From assembly GCA_963734545.1 (NCBI GenBank), contig CAVTHO010000009.1:256001-320000 (forward strand): a stretch of 64,000 nt of DNA, given 5' to 3'. Source of the stretch: an uncultured Spirochaetota bacterium. Lineage in GTDB: Bacteria > Spirochaetota > Spirochaetia > SZUA-6 > Fen-1364. Positions within the stretch are counted from its first letter, which is position 1. The number at the start of each line of letters is the position of its first letter. Below are positions 53,670-63,706 of the stretch, piece after piece. The notes beneath the pieces are model-generated. The model had not been told where the DNA came from. It saw nothing but the letters and a program-made list of their open reading frames with translations, and searched no databases. The position numbers were made by a program, and so were the translations under genes.

Positions 53670-55201
53670 GCGCGAGCGACCTGATCGGCCTTTTCCCGCT
53701 CATCATCCTGGCCGGGGCCTCCATTCTCGTGCTCTTTGCCGCGGCTTTCGTCCGCCGGCTCGTCGTGTCCCTCGTGGTGACCCTGGCCGGACTGGCAGCG
53801 GCCCTCGTCTGCGTGGGCATTGCCTGGACATGGCTGCCCCTCAAGGTGGGGGCGCTCCTTTCCTTCGACGGATTCGTGCTTTTCGGTTTCGTGTTGATAC
53901 TCGGCGCGACGATCTTTGTCGCCATCAGCTCCTGGGCGTATCTGCGGGGACGTGACGACGAGGGCGGGGACTACTATTTCCTCCTGCTGCTGTCGTGCCT
54001 GGGAGCGTGCATACTGGCCGCCTCCGCCGCCTTCGCCTCGTTCTTCCTCGGGCTGGAGCTCCTGAGCGTTTCCCTGTACGCGCTCATCGGCTGGAGGAGA
54101 GAGCGGGCGGCCGGAACAGAGGCTGCCATCAAGTACCTGATCCTGGCCGGGGCCACGTCAGCCTTCCTCCTCTTCGGCATGGCCCTTGTCTACGAAGCCA
54201 CCGGCACCATGGACCTGTTCAAGCTCGCCGCAATTACTTCCACCGAGGGTCTCGTTGCGCCCGTGGGCCTGGGCATGATCCTGGTGGGAATCGGATTCAA
54301 GCTCGCCGTGGTTCCGTTCCACCTCTGGACTCCCGACGTCTATGACGGCGCTCCGGCACCGGTCACCGCCTACATCGCCACGGTCTCCAAGGGCGCGATG
54401 GTCGTCGTCCTGGCGCGCGCGCTCGCTCCCGCCTTTGTGGGCAGCGGCGGCGTCAGCCATGTCTCCACCGCGGCGCCGTCCCTGGTGGCAGCGGGATTCC
54501 CCTGGGTATTCGCCTTCATCGCGGGCCTCTCGATGTTCGCCGGCAACCTTCTGGCGCTCCGGGAAGGCAATGTCAAACGGATACTGGCCTATTCCTCCAT
54601 TGCCCACCTCGGCTACATCCTCGTCGCGTTCCTGGCAGGCGGCCCCCAGGCATTGCGCGCCATCGCGTTCTACCTGGTTGCCTACTTTGCGATGACACTG
54701 GGAGCTTTCGGCGTGATCAGCGCGCTCTCCAGCCCCGAGAAGGACGCGGATGAGATCGAAGACTACCGGGGGCTGGCCGGCCGCAGCCCGTGGACCGCCG
54801 CCATGCTCACCACCATGCTCCTGTCCCTGGCGGGTCTTCCGCTCACCGCGGGATTCGTCGGCAAGTTCCTCATCCTCAGCGCGGGTGCCGGCGCGGAGCT
54901 CTGGACGCTCGCCGTCATGCTGGCCATAAACGGGACGATCTCGATTTTCTACTACTTGAAGATCGTTTCAGCGATGTTCCGCGGCGCAGAGCCATCTCCC
55001 GCTGCTGCCCACGCCGCCGCTGCCGGCGCAGCGCGCGCCCCAGGCGCCGGGCCCGCATCAGGCGGGATACCGGGCGCCGCGCGCGCGCCATTGGTTGCGG
55101 CCCTTGCCATCGCGCTCCTGGCTCTTGCGGTGGTGGCCCTCGGGATCTACCCGGCGCCGTTCCTTTCGATTATTGGTACCTTCACGGCCGCGGGAGGGTG
55201 A
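53666..55201 (+). CDS. nuoN: NADH-quinone oxidoreductase subunit N
   Basis: EAAIKYLILA, FKLAVVPFHLWTPDVYDGAP, KRILAYSSIAH, SLAGLPLTAGF.GKF; ATG 53666 overlaps the nuoM stop. Confidence 0.95.
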   Translation: MSASDLIGLFPLIILAGASILVLFAAAFVRRLVVSLVVTLAGLAAALVCVGIAWTWLPLKVGALLSFDGFVLFGFVLILGATIFVAISSWAYLRGRDDEGGDYYFLLLLSCLGACILAASAAFASFFLGLELLSVSLYALIGWRRERAAGTEAAIKYLILAGATSAFLLFGMALVYEATGTMDLFKLAAITSTEGLVAPVGLGMILVGIGFKLAVVPFHLWTPDVYDGAPAPVTAYIATVSKGAMVVVLARALAPAFVGSGGVSHVSTAAPSLVAAGFPWVFAFIAGLSMFAGNLLALREGNVKRILAYSSIAHLGYILVAFLAGGPQALRAIAFYLVAYFAMTLGAFGVISALSSPEKDADEIEDYRGLAGRSPWTAAMLTTMLLSLAGLPLTAGFVGKFLILSAGAGAELWTLAVMLAINGTISIFYYLKIVSAMFRGAEPSPAAAHAAAAGAARAPGAGPASGGIPGAARAPLVAALAIALLALAVVALGIYPAPFLSIIGTFTAAGG

Positions 55202-55250
55202 CAGACCGCCCGGAGGGTAACAGACCGCCGGAGGGTGACAGTCCCCCGGA
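55193..55250 (+). repeat. three tandem 18-19 bp repeats at the nuoN / GH12 convergence
   Basis: GGAGGGTGACAGACCGCCC, GGAGGGTAACAGACCGCC, GGAGGGTGACAGTCCCCC. Confidence 0.8.
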
Positions 55251-56072
55251 CTACTCGACGACGAGCGAGTACTCTTTCAGCCACGCGGTGCCTTTTCCGC
55301 CTGCAATCTCCGTGCCGAACTCGATAGACGCCACGTAGTTGTCCGCCGTGATGTAGTTTTTCGAGAGGAGATACTGGATGAACTGCCGGATATCCAGTGT
55401 CGCCTTGTTCTGCGGCCTGGCGCTTACAAAGGCGAAATACGCCCAGCCCTGGCCGTTCCCCGTGTCTCCCATGCTGTCGAGCTTCCAGAGCGAGTAGTCC
55501 GCCCCTTCAATCGAGACTTTCTCCATGAACGTGCCTGCCGGCTCCATTTTTTCCCGGTTCATCCAGAACATGATTTCGGTCGTGATACGGGCAGGGGCAG
55601 GCCGCAGCGACGCCTCGGCAGTGCTCGTGAGCCAGATCTCGGGAGCGAGGTTGTAGCCCCCGCTTGCCTGCAGATCGATGTCGAAGCGCATCTTCAATGT
55701 GCGTATGTCGGTGACCTTCATGGGCAGTTTCGGGTCGGTGGACGTGCCGCCCGACCAGGGCTTCCACCCGTAGATGATCTCGGGGTAGGCGAACACGCTC
55801 GCATTGTATCCGGGCCACTCCCAGCTCCAGCCGTACTGGGGAGCACCGTCCACGGTCCGGCGGAGAAGGCATTGGGAGGAGGGCCCAACGGCCTTTCCCT
55901 TCCCCCATTGATTGTTCTCGTAGACATAGGGGCCGTTGCGCATCTGGTCACCATCCATGCAGAGGGAGGCCGTGGCCGTCTGCCCCTCCGATTGCTGCGC
56001 CGGCGCTTGTGTGGCGCATCCGGCAAAAACTATCGCCAGCAGGCTCATCACGATGAGAGGTTTTCTATTCAC
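55251..56072 (-). CDS. GH12 family endoglucanase lipoprotein
   Basis: Lipobox FAGC; NNQWG, YPEIIYGWKPW, YNLAPEIW, EIMFW (nucleophile) and EFGTE (acid/base). Confidence 0.85.
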   Translation of the reverse strand: MNRKPLIVMSLLAIVFAGCATQAPAQQSEGQTATASLCMDGDQMRNGPYVYENNQWGKGKAVGPSSQCLLRRTVDGAPQYGWSWEWPGYNASVFAYPEIIYGWKPWSGGTSTDPKLPMKVTDIRTLKMRFDIDLQASGGYNLAPEIWLTSTAEASLRPAPARITTEIMFWMNREKMEPAGTFMEKVSIEGADYSLWKLDSMGDTGNGQGWAYFAFVSARPQNKATLDIRQFIQYLLSKNYITADNYVASIEFGTEIAGGKGTAWLKEYSLVVE

Positions 56073-56083
56073 GGGATGAGGCC

Positions 56084-56854
56084 TCACTCTCCGACGTTTA
56101 TCTGGTCCTTGCGGAAGTTGAAGTTGAACCACAGGTTTCCAAACTCGGTGCTCAATGTCATCAAGGCTTCCGCTTTCTCCCCCAGCTCCGCGACCACCAA
56201 GCCGTAGTATTCGCCATGCGGGTCGATGTCCGAGGGGAAGAAAAGCGTGTCACGGAGGTAGTCCAGCTCACGATTCGTTCCATTTATGTATTCACGCACA
56301 TTGGAGAATGCGACGTCCCGTTCGTATGCCGCGCGGGCGGAGTCATACGTATAGGTGGTGTAGGTGTAGGTATCAAAGCCCCGATAGTAGCTTCTGCGGC
56401 CCCGGCCATAGCTCGAGTAGTGTCCCGTTGTCACCGTCGTCGTCGTGGTGCTGCGTCCGGCGTTCATTGTGGATATTCCGGCAGCCACCGCCATCATGAT
56501 CTGCCCGGCCGTGATCTCTTTCTGTCTCATCTTGAGATACTCTTCCGCGCCGTAGACCTTGATGTCGGCAGGGAAGCCGCCCAGCGGGCTGGTTTCCGTC
56601 AGCTTGATGTGGCTGTCATCCACGTAAAGACTTTGATCCGAGAGGTTCTTGACGATGATCTGAAAATAGATCAGGTCTCCGGTGACCTGGGCGGAAACCA
56701 CCACGGCCATCGAGTCATTGCCGGACATGAGCGTCTGCGTGCCCCTGCTGTGCTTGATGGTCGTGTTTTCCGACTCCTGCGGCACGAGACGGTAGGTGAC
56801 GCACGAGGTCAGGATGGCAAGCAAGCCGACCAGTAAAAGCCTTCCTGGTTTCAT
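56084..56854 (-). CDS. hypothetical lipoprotein
   Basis: MKPGRLLLVGLLAILTSC lipoprotein signal; GGAGG RBS; Thr/Tyr-rich segment. Confidence 0.7.
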   Translation of the reverse strand: MKPGRLLLVGLLAILTSCVTYRLVPQESENTTIKHSRGTQTLMSGNDSMAVVVSAQVTGDLIYFQIIVKNLSDQSLYVDDSHIKLTETSPLGGFPADIKVYGAEEYLKMRQKEITAGQIMMAVAAGISTMNAGRSTTTTTVTTGHYSSYGRGRRSYYRGFDTYTYTTYTYDSARAAYERDVAFSNVREYINGTNRELDYLRDTLFFPSDIDPHGEYYGLVVAELGEKAEALMTLSTEFGNLWFNFNFRKDQINVGE

Positions 56855-57050
56855 ATGAGGGCCCTCCAAGCTCAATGTAGCATGACGACAGGGGAACTGT
56901 CTGTCTACTTCTCCAACACCATATTGACGTGGCCGGTGTCAAGATCATGCCAGTCTCCCGTCACAAATCGGTGGAAAGGACACTAACAGAAATCCCCTGT
57001 GCGGGCAAGGCGGGTGGATTTCAAGTCTCGCACAGTCGGTCCCGCGGCCG

Positions 57051-57974
57051 CTACCTGCAATGCGCATTGAGCCAGGCGAGAATGTCGTTCATGACTTCCC
57101 CCCGGTTTGTTTCATGCAGGGTCTCATGCCGGGCGCCTTCATAAAACCTCGTCGTGACATCCTTGATCCCGTTCCGCTTGTAGCGGTCCGCAAGCGCCTT
57201 GACGGTCTTTGTGAACTTGCCGACCGGGTCCTGGGTGCCCGCAAAAAGGTAGATGGGCAGGTCTGCCGGGATACGCGCTTCGTTTCGCGCGTCCCACGTA
57301 TCCGCCAGGAGCTTCGCCAGATCATTAAAAAACCCGTTGGGAAAGTGCTTGCCGCACCAGGGATCCGCGATGTATGCGTCCACCTGGGCAGGGTCACGGT
57401 TGAGCCAATCAAAGGAGGTCCGCGCGGGCTGGAATTTCTTGTTCAATCCCCCCACGGCAAGATTCTCCAACAGTCCGCCCGGCGCAACCGGGCCGCGGCG
57501 TTTCACGTCCCATTTTCCGAGCAGGACGCCGAGCTTCACCAGGGGATCCTTACCGTGCGTGCCGCTCAGGAGAGCGCCTTGCAGCTCTTTGCCCCACTTC
57601 CCGATGTAGTTCTGGGCGAGGAAAGACCCCCATGAGTGGGCGAAAAGGAAGACGGGGACACCGGGGAGCTCGCTCTTTATCTTGTCCGTCAGCTGCTTGA
57701 GGTCCCTGACAGTACCCTCCCACCCGCCGGGCCCAAGCTGCCCCTGCCTGTCCGGGCCGAAAGCGGTCCTGCCGTGCCCCCGGTGATCGTTCGCATATAC
57801 CGCATAGCCGTTGCTCGTCAGGAGCTCCGCCAATTCAGCATAACGACCCGCGTGCTCCTGCATCCCGTGCGATACCTGGACAGCCGCCCGGGGGGCCCGG
57901 CCGTCCGGCAGCCACTTGTAGACGTATATATCGACCCCATCCGTATCCGTGAACGTGAATCCCGACGTTTTCAT
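57051..57974 (-). CDS. alpha/beta hydrolase (lysophospholipase-like)
   Basis: HGMQEHAGRY, DHRGHG, AHSWGS nucleophile elbow, GTQDPV, ARHETLHE. Confidence 0.9.
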   Translation of the reverse strand: MKTSGFTFTDTDGVDIYVYKWLPDGRAPRAAVQVSHGMQEHAGRYAELAELLTSNGYAVYANDHRGHGRTAFGPDRQGQLGPGGWEGTVRDLKQLTDKIKSELPGVPVFLFAHSWGSFLAQNYIGKWGKELQGALLSGTHGKDPLVKLGVLLGKWDVKRRGPVAPGGLLENLAVGGLNKKFQPARTSFDWLNRDPAQVDAYIADPWCGKHFPNGFFNDLAKLLADTWDARNEARIPADLPIYLFAGTQDPVGKFTKTVKALADRYKRNGIKDVTTRFYEGARHETLHETNRGEVMNDILAWLNAHCR

Positions 57975-57999
57975 GCCACCCTCACTTTCGCATGACGCA

Positions 58000-58611
58000 T
58001 CATGTGGGCCGCCATGACATGCCCGCTTCGAAGTATTCCATCTCCGACACGACCGCCGCACGCGTTTCCCGGTCTACGAGCTTCTCGATCATATGAAGAG
58101 ACAGGTCGATGCCGGCCGATATGCCGCCGGACGTCATGATGCGGTTGGAGGACTGCACATAGCGCTTGTCCCCGACGAGAGATGTGGTGGGTGAGAGCTC
58201 CTTGAGCTCCGGGAACGCTGTGTGGTGGGTCGTCGCCTCGCAGTTCTTCAGCAGTCCCGCCTTGGCCAGCAGCAGCGCGCCCGTGCACACGGAGAGGAGC
58301 CATTCGACCTTTGTCGATTGACCGTGTATCCACGCAAGCAGCTTTTCATGCTTCAACAGCGGGCGCGTTCCATACCCCCCGGGAACGATCAGGATGTCGG
58401 GCTGCGGACAGTCCTCGATGGTGTAGGCGGGAGTCACGGTGAACCTGCCGCGCCCGATCACCGGGCGGTGCGAAATCCCCACGTTATAGACGAAGAAAGC
58501 GGGAGGCGTAGTCGTCTGGCTGGCGACATTGAACACCTCATAGGGACCGGCAAAATCCAGGATTTCAATGTCGTCGAATACGAGAACAGCAACATTGCGC
58601 AGATGCGTCAT
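58000..58611 (-). CDS. DJ-1/PfpI family protein
   Basis: EILDFAGPYEVF, ILIVPGG.GT, SVCTGA.LLA.AGLL, TSGGISAGID. Confidence 0.9.
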   Translation of the reverse strand: MTHLRNVAVLVFDDIEILDFAGPYEVFNVASQTTTPPAFFVYNVGISHRPVIGRGRFTVTPAYTIEDCPQPDILIVPGGYGTRPLLKHEKLLAWIHGQSTKVEWLLSVCTGALLLAKAGLLKNCEATTHHTAFPELKELSPTTSLVGDKRYVQSSNRIMTSGGISAGIDLSLHMIEKLVDRETRAAVVSEMEYFEAGMSWRPT

Positions 58612-59426
58612 ATCAGCCTCCCCGGTTTTCTCTGGGCATGGATCAGGACGCAGTCATACGACCGGCGCACATGACCGCCGTTCCTGTTGATCACCTCTTC
58701 GATGCGCTTCATCACCCTCTGCTGAACGGCCCGGGGCAGGGACAGGAAGTCGGAGTAGGTCCGAAAGAGGCCGGCGTATCTCTCCGCGTCATACTCGTGC
58801 ACCCATTTGTGCTTGAGGAGCTTCACCTTCTTGAACAAGCCGCAGCTCTTCAGCTCCCGCACCCAGTTGGCCACGTCTCCGCCGTAGTCCCAGACCTTCA
58901 GCTTGCCGCGGGTTTCCTTTTTTATCCTCGCGCCGAGCTCCTCGAGCACGCTGTCCTTGTGCCGGCCGGGGTAGTTGTACAGCAGCGCAAGAGAGCCGTC
59001 CGGTATGAGCAGCCGTGCGGTTTTCTGGAGCCGGACCGCGGGATCGACCCAGTGGAAAGCCTGGGCCGAATAGATCAGGTCGTATGAGCGCGTGTCGAAA
59101 TCCACCTCCTCGAACTTGCCGATCCTGAAAGACACGTTCTGCCAGCGCCGGCAATTCTTGCGGGCAAGGGCGACGAGGTTCCTGCCGGGATCCACGCAAT
59201 CGATCATGTAGCCGCGGGAGGCGAACTGCATCGTCGCCTTGCCGGTGCCGCAGCCGATTTCGAGCAGCCGTGATGACGACCTCAGGTTGGACAGGGAAAT
59301 GATTTCGCGCACGACCTCGACAGGGTAGTCGGGCCGGTAGGCATCATAATCAACGGCCGCGGCATCAAAAACCGCCCCGCGTTTCAGCTCGAATTTCAAA
59401 AGCCCCTCCGGGAACGACATTGCCAC
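58608..59426 (-). CDS. class I SAM-dependent methyltransferase
   Basis: YDAYRPDYP, LEIGCGTGKAT, SAQAFHWVDP. Confidence 0.88.
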   Translation of the reverse strand: MAMSFPEGLLKFELKRGAVFDAAAVDYDAYRPDYPVEVVREIISLSNLRSSSRLLEIGCGTGKATMQFASRGYMIDCVDPGRNLVALARKNCRRWQNVSFRIGKFEEVDFDTRSYDLIYSAQAFHWVDPAVRLQKTARLLIPDGSLALLYNYPGRHKDSVLEELGARIKKETRGKLKVWDYGGDVANWVRELKSCGLFKKVKLLKHKWVHEYDAERYAGLFRTYSDFLSLPRAVQQRVMKRIEEVINRNGGHVRRSYDCVLIHAQRKPGRLI

Positions 59427-59493
59427 AATTCACAGCGCGGGGAAAGACCTTTGGCAGGAAAGCCGAAGGCGGGCGCGCGAGCCAAGGCGATCG

Positions 59494-60627
59494 TCATTCT
59501 ATCAAGAGGTAGACATCGAACAAGTTGATGACAGGATCCCCTGTGCCCGAGGCCAGCTTGTAGGCCCCTTTTTGAAGATCATTTCCCAATTTGATGACCG
59601 AAGAATATCTTCCCTGGGCATTTGTCTGGAACTCCGCCGCCATTGCCGGCTCCATCCTGAAAGATAAATCCTTGTACTGGCTGTCCGTGATGTGATAGAG
59701 CACAACTTTCGTTCCTGCGCGAGGGGCTTCGTTTGCGCCGAACAGGTAGAGGCTGTCACCCGCCTTTGCAGCTACTGAATGAGGATAGTTGAACGGATCC
59801 GGTCTCTTGTCCCTGGAAATCGTTGCGGAGGCAGTCGACAGCTCGAGCGAATAGCTCCTGGGCTTCGAAGTACTGTGGTCCGACGTGAGTCGAAAAGTCC
59901 ATTTTCCGGCAAACGTGCTGGCAGGCGGCCGAATCGAAAAACCGATTACCGGGGCTGCATACTGAAACCCGGAAGGACTCGAGGAATAGACATTGAAACC
60001 AGGATAACTCTTGAAGGGCAAGTCCCTGGAAAAGCTGCTCCCCTTTGGATCGATTGCCACCACGTGCAGGCTTTCCTGTGGAGGTGGATACCCTTCCACG
60101 AACACGATATTGTTCAAGCCGTCCCAGGATGCGATGAAGCCGTTTTTCGACGGCATGTCAGGGCCTTGTTCGATCCCGGTGATATGCATTCTCAGATAGG
60201 GAAGGCCCCCCATCGCGCCGCCATCAGCGCCCGCGAAGTACGACCGTGCCGGTATGGTGTCGGTTTTTTCCACGGTGCTCGCCGGTGGCGCATTCTGGCC
60301 TTTCAGGTCCACGTAGCCGCCGAAGCACCAGCCGACAGCCCAGCCCTTGCTCACCTCGAGCCAGGGGGCAGTGATCCCATCGATCGTGTCGACCCATGAA
60401 GTGCGCGAAGCCACGTGCACGTCATCGCCCCTTGTCAGCCTTGCCACTTTCTCCCCGCTCAGCGTGGGAAACGCCCGCAGCCGGAGACCGTCAACCGCGA
60501 CACGGCCGATGATGCCCGAATCGATGGGCCCGGGCAGAATGTCGGCGGGAGACTGGGCGCCGCAGGGCGATGCGCAGAGAGCAAGCGCCGCGCAGGCCGC
60601 CAGGAGCTTTCCGGCGATGAACCTCAC
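59494..60627 (-). CDS. secreted SH3-domain protein with uncharacterised beta-rich C-terminal part
   Basis: Signal peptide; LRLRAFP...V..L, TIDGITAPWLEV...GWCFGGYV (bacterial SH3-like). Confidence 0.7.
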   Translation of the reverse strand: MRFIAGKLLAACAALALCASPCGAQSPADILPGPIDSGIIGRVAVDGLRLRAFPTLSGEKVARLTRGDDVHVASRTSWVDTIDGITAPWLEVSKGWAVGWCFGGYVDLKGQNAPPASTVEKTDTIPARSYFAGADGGAMGGLPYLRMHITGIEQGPDMPSKNGFIASWDGLNNIVFVEGYPPPQESLHVVAIDPKGSSFSRDLPFKSYPGFNVYSSSPSGFQYAAPVIGFSIRPPASTFAGKWTFRLTSDHSTSKPRSYSLELSTASATISRDKRPDPFNYPHSVAAKAGDSLYLFGANEAPRAGTKVVLYHITDSQYKDLSFRMEPAMAAEFQTNAQGRYSSVIKLGNDLQKGAYKLASGTGDPVINLFDVYLLIE

Positions 60628-60639
60628 CGCTTCCTCCGC

Positions 60640-61320
60640 CTACTCTTCCAGCAGACCCAGCTCCCGCGCCTTCAGGGCGGCCTGCGTCCTGTCCCGCGCG
60701 TCGATCTTCTGCAGAATCGTGCTGACGTGGTTCTTCACGGTCCCCTCGGCAAGGAAGAGCCGCTCCGCAATCTCCTTGTTGCTGAGCCCCCGGGCAAGCA
60801 GGCCGAGCACGGCGCGCTCCCTGCCGGAAAGCGGATCCACGAGACGGTGTTTCGCGGCAGGCCCGGGCTGCGCCAGCCGGGCAAAGGCATCCATCACCTT
60901 GCGCGCCACGCCGGTCTGGAGCGCCGCTCCGCCCCGGGCAACGTCCCGCACAGCAGCAGCCAGCTCCGCGCCGGAAAGGTCTTTCAGAAGGTAGCCGCGC
61001 GCGCCCACCCGCACGGCCTCGAACACCAGCTCATCCTCGTCAAAGGTCGTCAGCATGAGGATCTTCGCGTCGGGCCATTTTCCCCGGATCCGCCGGGTGG
61101 CCTCGACCCCGTCCATTTTCGGCATGCGGATGTCCATGAGCACGACATCCGGCGCGCAGTCCTCGAATGCCTGCACGGCCCCCGCCCCGTCCACCGCTTC
61201 ACCCGCGATCGTGATGCCCTCCTCCATCTCCAGCAGCGTGCGAAGCCCTTCCCTCATGAGCTGCTGATCGTCCACCAGGAGAACGCGGAGGGCCGCGGTC
61301 GGCTCGCCCGGCTCATGCAT
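60640..61320 (-). CDS. NarL/LuxR-family response regulator
   Basis: VLLVDDQ..MREGL, DVVLMDIRMP.MDG, LSGRE..VL.LLA.GLSNKEIA. Confidence 0.93.
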   Translation of the reverse strand: MHEPGEPTAALRVLLVDDQQLMREGLRTLLEMEEGITIAGEAVDGAGAVQAFEDCAPDVVLMDIRMPKMDGVEATRRIRGKWPDAKILMLTTFDEDELVFEAVRVGARGYLLKDLSGAELAAAVRDVARGGAALQTGVARKVMDAFARLAQPGPAAKHRLVDPLSGRERAVLGLLARGLSNKEIAERLFLAEGTVKNHVSTILQKIDARDRTQAALKARELGLLEE

Positions 61321-62531
61321 TGGCTGCACCCCCTGCCCCGGGGAGCGTGAGCCGCAGCAGCGTTCCGCCGTCCGGCACGGGCTCCAGGTCAACGCTGCCG
61401 CCGAACGCGGCAGCGCGCGTCCGCATGTTGTCCAGCCCGAAGCCGGTGCCGAAGGACACCGACTGCGCATCTCCCGCCCTTGAAAGGCCCTGCCCATTGT
61501 CGCGGCAGGTGAGGACGTAGGAGCTCCCCTCGGTCTTCAGGGCCAGCTCGACGCGCGTTGCCGCGGCGTGTTTCTGCACGTTGGTCAGCGCTTCCTGCGC
61601 GGTGCGCACGATCACGCGCTTCCGCTCGGGCTCGGGTTCGCTCATTCCCGGCTGGAGGTCCAGCGTCACCTTTGCCTCCGCCCCCTGGGCAAAGACGTCC
61701 ACGAGCGCGCCGAGCACCTCGGGAAGCGATTGCGTGTCCGGGCGCCTCCGTGCGGAGCGCGCTCACCGCCGCGCGCAGCTCGTCCAGACCCTGCCGGACC
61801 TGCGCGCGCGATGTTTCCACCATCCGGGTGGCGCGCGCCGGCTCGGAGCCGATGAGACGCGCGGCGCCTTCCAGGAGGACCGCCGCCGCGGTGAGCCTGT
61901 GCCCCACGGCATCGTGCATCTCGCGCGCCAGGCGCTGGCGCTCCTCCATCACCGCCATGTCACGCAGCCGTCCCTGGGCGCTCATGAGCTCGGCAAGGAG
62001 CTGCTGGCTTTCCGCGCGCGCCTGGAGAGAGCGGCGGAAGGCCACGGAGAAGGCGACAAATGCAAAGAACCCTACGCCGAAGCTCGCCATTATAGGCAGC
62101 CAATCCTTGTACCCCCGGACAAGCAGGCAGACGAGCAGCGCGGCGCTCGCGGTGGCCACCCAGGCAATGGCCGCGCCCAGCGACAATCGCATCCCCACAA
62201 TCGTGCAGAGAACGAAGAAGAGTATCGCGCCGAAGATCGGCGTGGAGCCCACCGCCATGATGGCGATGCCGATTGCCGAGGCGGCAATTGCGGCGGCGAG
62301 GAATCCCGCCTTTCCGCGCATGCCCTCCGTGCGGAAGATCACCACAAGGAGCACCGCGAAAGCCGCCAGGAGCCCGGCGGTCCACGCAAAGCGCGGGCCG
62401 ACGGGAATCTCGAGCAGCTCCGCCACCGCCACGCCCGCAACCGTGAGGTACCCTGCCAGGTGCAGGATCATGTAGAGGCTTCGCGGCTTCTCTCCCGGCG
62501 CAGCGGCCGGTGAACGGTCATCGAGCGGCAT
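61313..62531 (-). CDS. membrane sensor histidine kinase (HisKA_3 type), frameshift near 61730
   Basis: Multiple TM helices; EERQRLAREMHDAVGH; QEALTNV.KHA, DNGQG, GFGL..MR.R. Confidence 0.9.
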
Positions 62532-62548
62532 GACCGCAGTATACCATG

Positions 62549-63704
62549 TCAGGCGATCGATGCGCGGCGCGCGCGGGACGCGGCCGCTGCCAGCAGGAAG
62601 ACGACTACCGCGAAACCAAGGAGAAGTGCGGCGCTTTGCACGGCAGGTGCCGCCCCCGGGGCGGGAGAAAGGGCCGCAAGAAAGCCGTCCATGGCCCAGC
62701 CTGCCGGATCCAGTCCCTTGACGCTCCGAAGTGCCGCGGGAAAAAAGGAGGACGGGTACCAGCATCCTCCGAAGACCGCGAGCACCATCGAGAGCGCCAG
62801 TCCGAGTGATGCGGCCTGCCGGGAGGTTCTGCACACCGCGCCAAGGAGCATTCCCAGTGATGATCCTGCCAGGCAGAAAGCCACGGTCAGGCCGAGAAGC
62901 TCCAGCGGATGGGAGAACCAGGGGAGCTGGAACGCCAGGGTGCCGAAGAGTATCAGCAGGCTGATCTGCACGAGTGCGCCGAGTATCTCGGATGCCACGC
63001 TCGCCGCGGCAACCACGCTCCGGGGCGCGGGGGTCGTGTAGATGCGCCGCATCGTTCCCCGCCTCCGCTCGGTGATGAAGCCGGCACCGAGCCCGAGAAG
63101 CGGGACAAGGGCCCACGTGATGATCTGCCCGGCATTGCTCGTTGCTGCAGACGACGGCCCCTGCTGGGCAGCGGCTGGGCCAGCGGCGGCGGCGATCGTG
63201 CCGGCTGCAGCGACAGGCGTGGCAGCCGTGCCGGCGGCGGGGCCGGGCCTGCGACTGCAGCGGCCGGCCTGGCGGGGAACCGGACCGCGCAGCCTGCAGC
63301 CAATCCCCCACCCGCTTCGCCGTGGCGCTCGCGGATCCGCGCCACGGGGACAGCTTGAACGTAAGCGTGAAAGGCAGCCCGGTCCCGGGGGTCGAGTACG
63401 GGGACAGGCTGAGAAGCAGGTCGGGATCCGACGTGCTGATCAGGGCGGTGGGATCCTTCACTTGGCGAAGCCGGATGTCGGGCATGGTCGCGATCATTGC
63501 GGTGAACGCGCGGCTTTCCGGCGATCCCACCCCATCGTTCAAGAGCACAAGAGGCGCAACCTTCCCTTTGGCCGATCCGACGATCGAGGCGCCGGACAGC
63601 ACGATGGTGAACACGAGGGGGAGCAGGATGAAGAACACGAGCTCGGCAGGAGAGGAGAACCTGACCCGAAGGTCCTTGATCACGATTGCGATGAATGAGC
63701 GCAT
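62549..63704 (-). CDS. ABC-2 type transporter permease (frameshifted)
   Basis: IVIKDLR...LVFFILLPLVF; ERRRGT.RRI..TP; FGGCWYP; PAGWAMDGF. Confidence 0.8.
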
Positions 63705-63706
63705 CT

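Noticed and set aside
52112-55201. 1029-aa ORF as a giant NuoN fusion
   Set aside because: The N-terminal half is an open alternative frame overlapping nuoM; real NuoN starts at ATG 53666.
55193-55250. CRISPR-like array
   Set aside because: Repeats are directly adjacent with no spacers, only three copies, and no cas genes are present.
56876-57050. Riboswitch/ncRNA in the intergenic region
   Set aside because: No recognisable conserved riboswitch motif by eye; an Rfam/Infernal scan would be needed.
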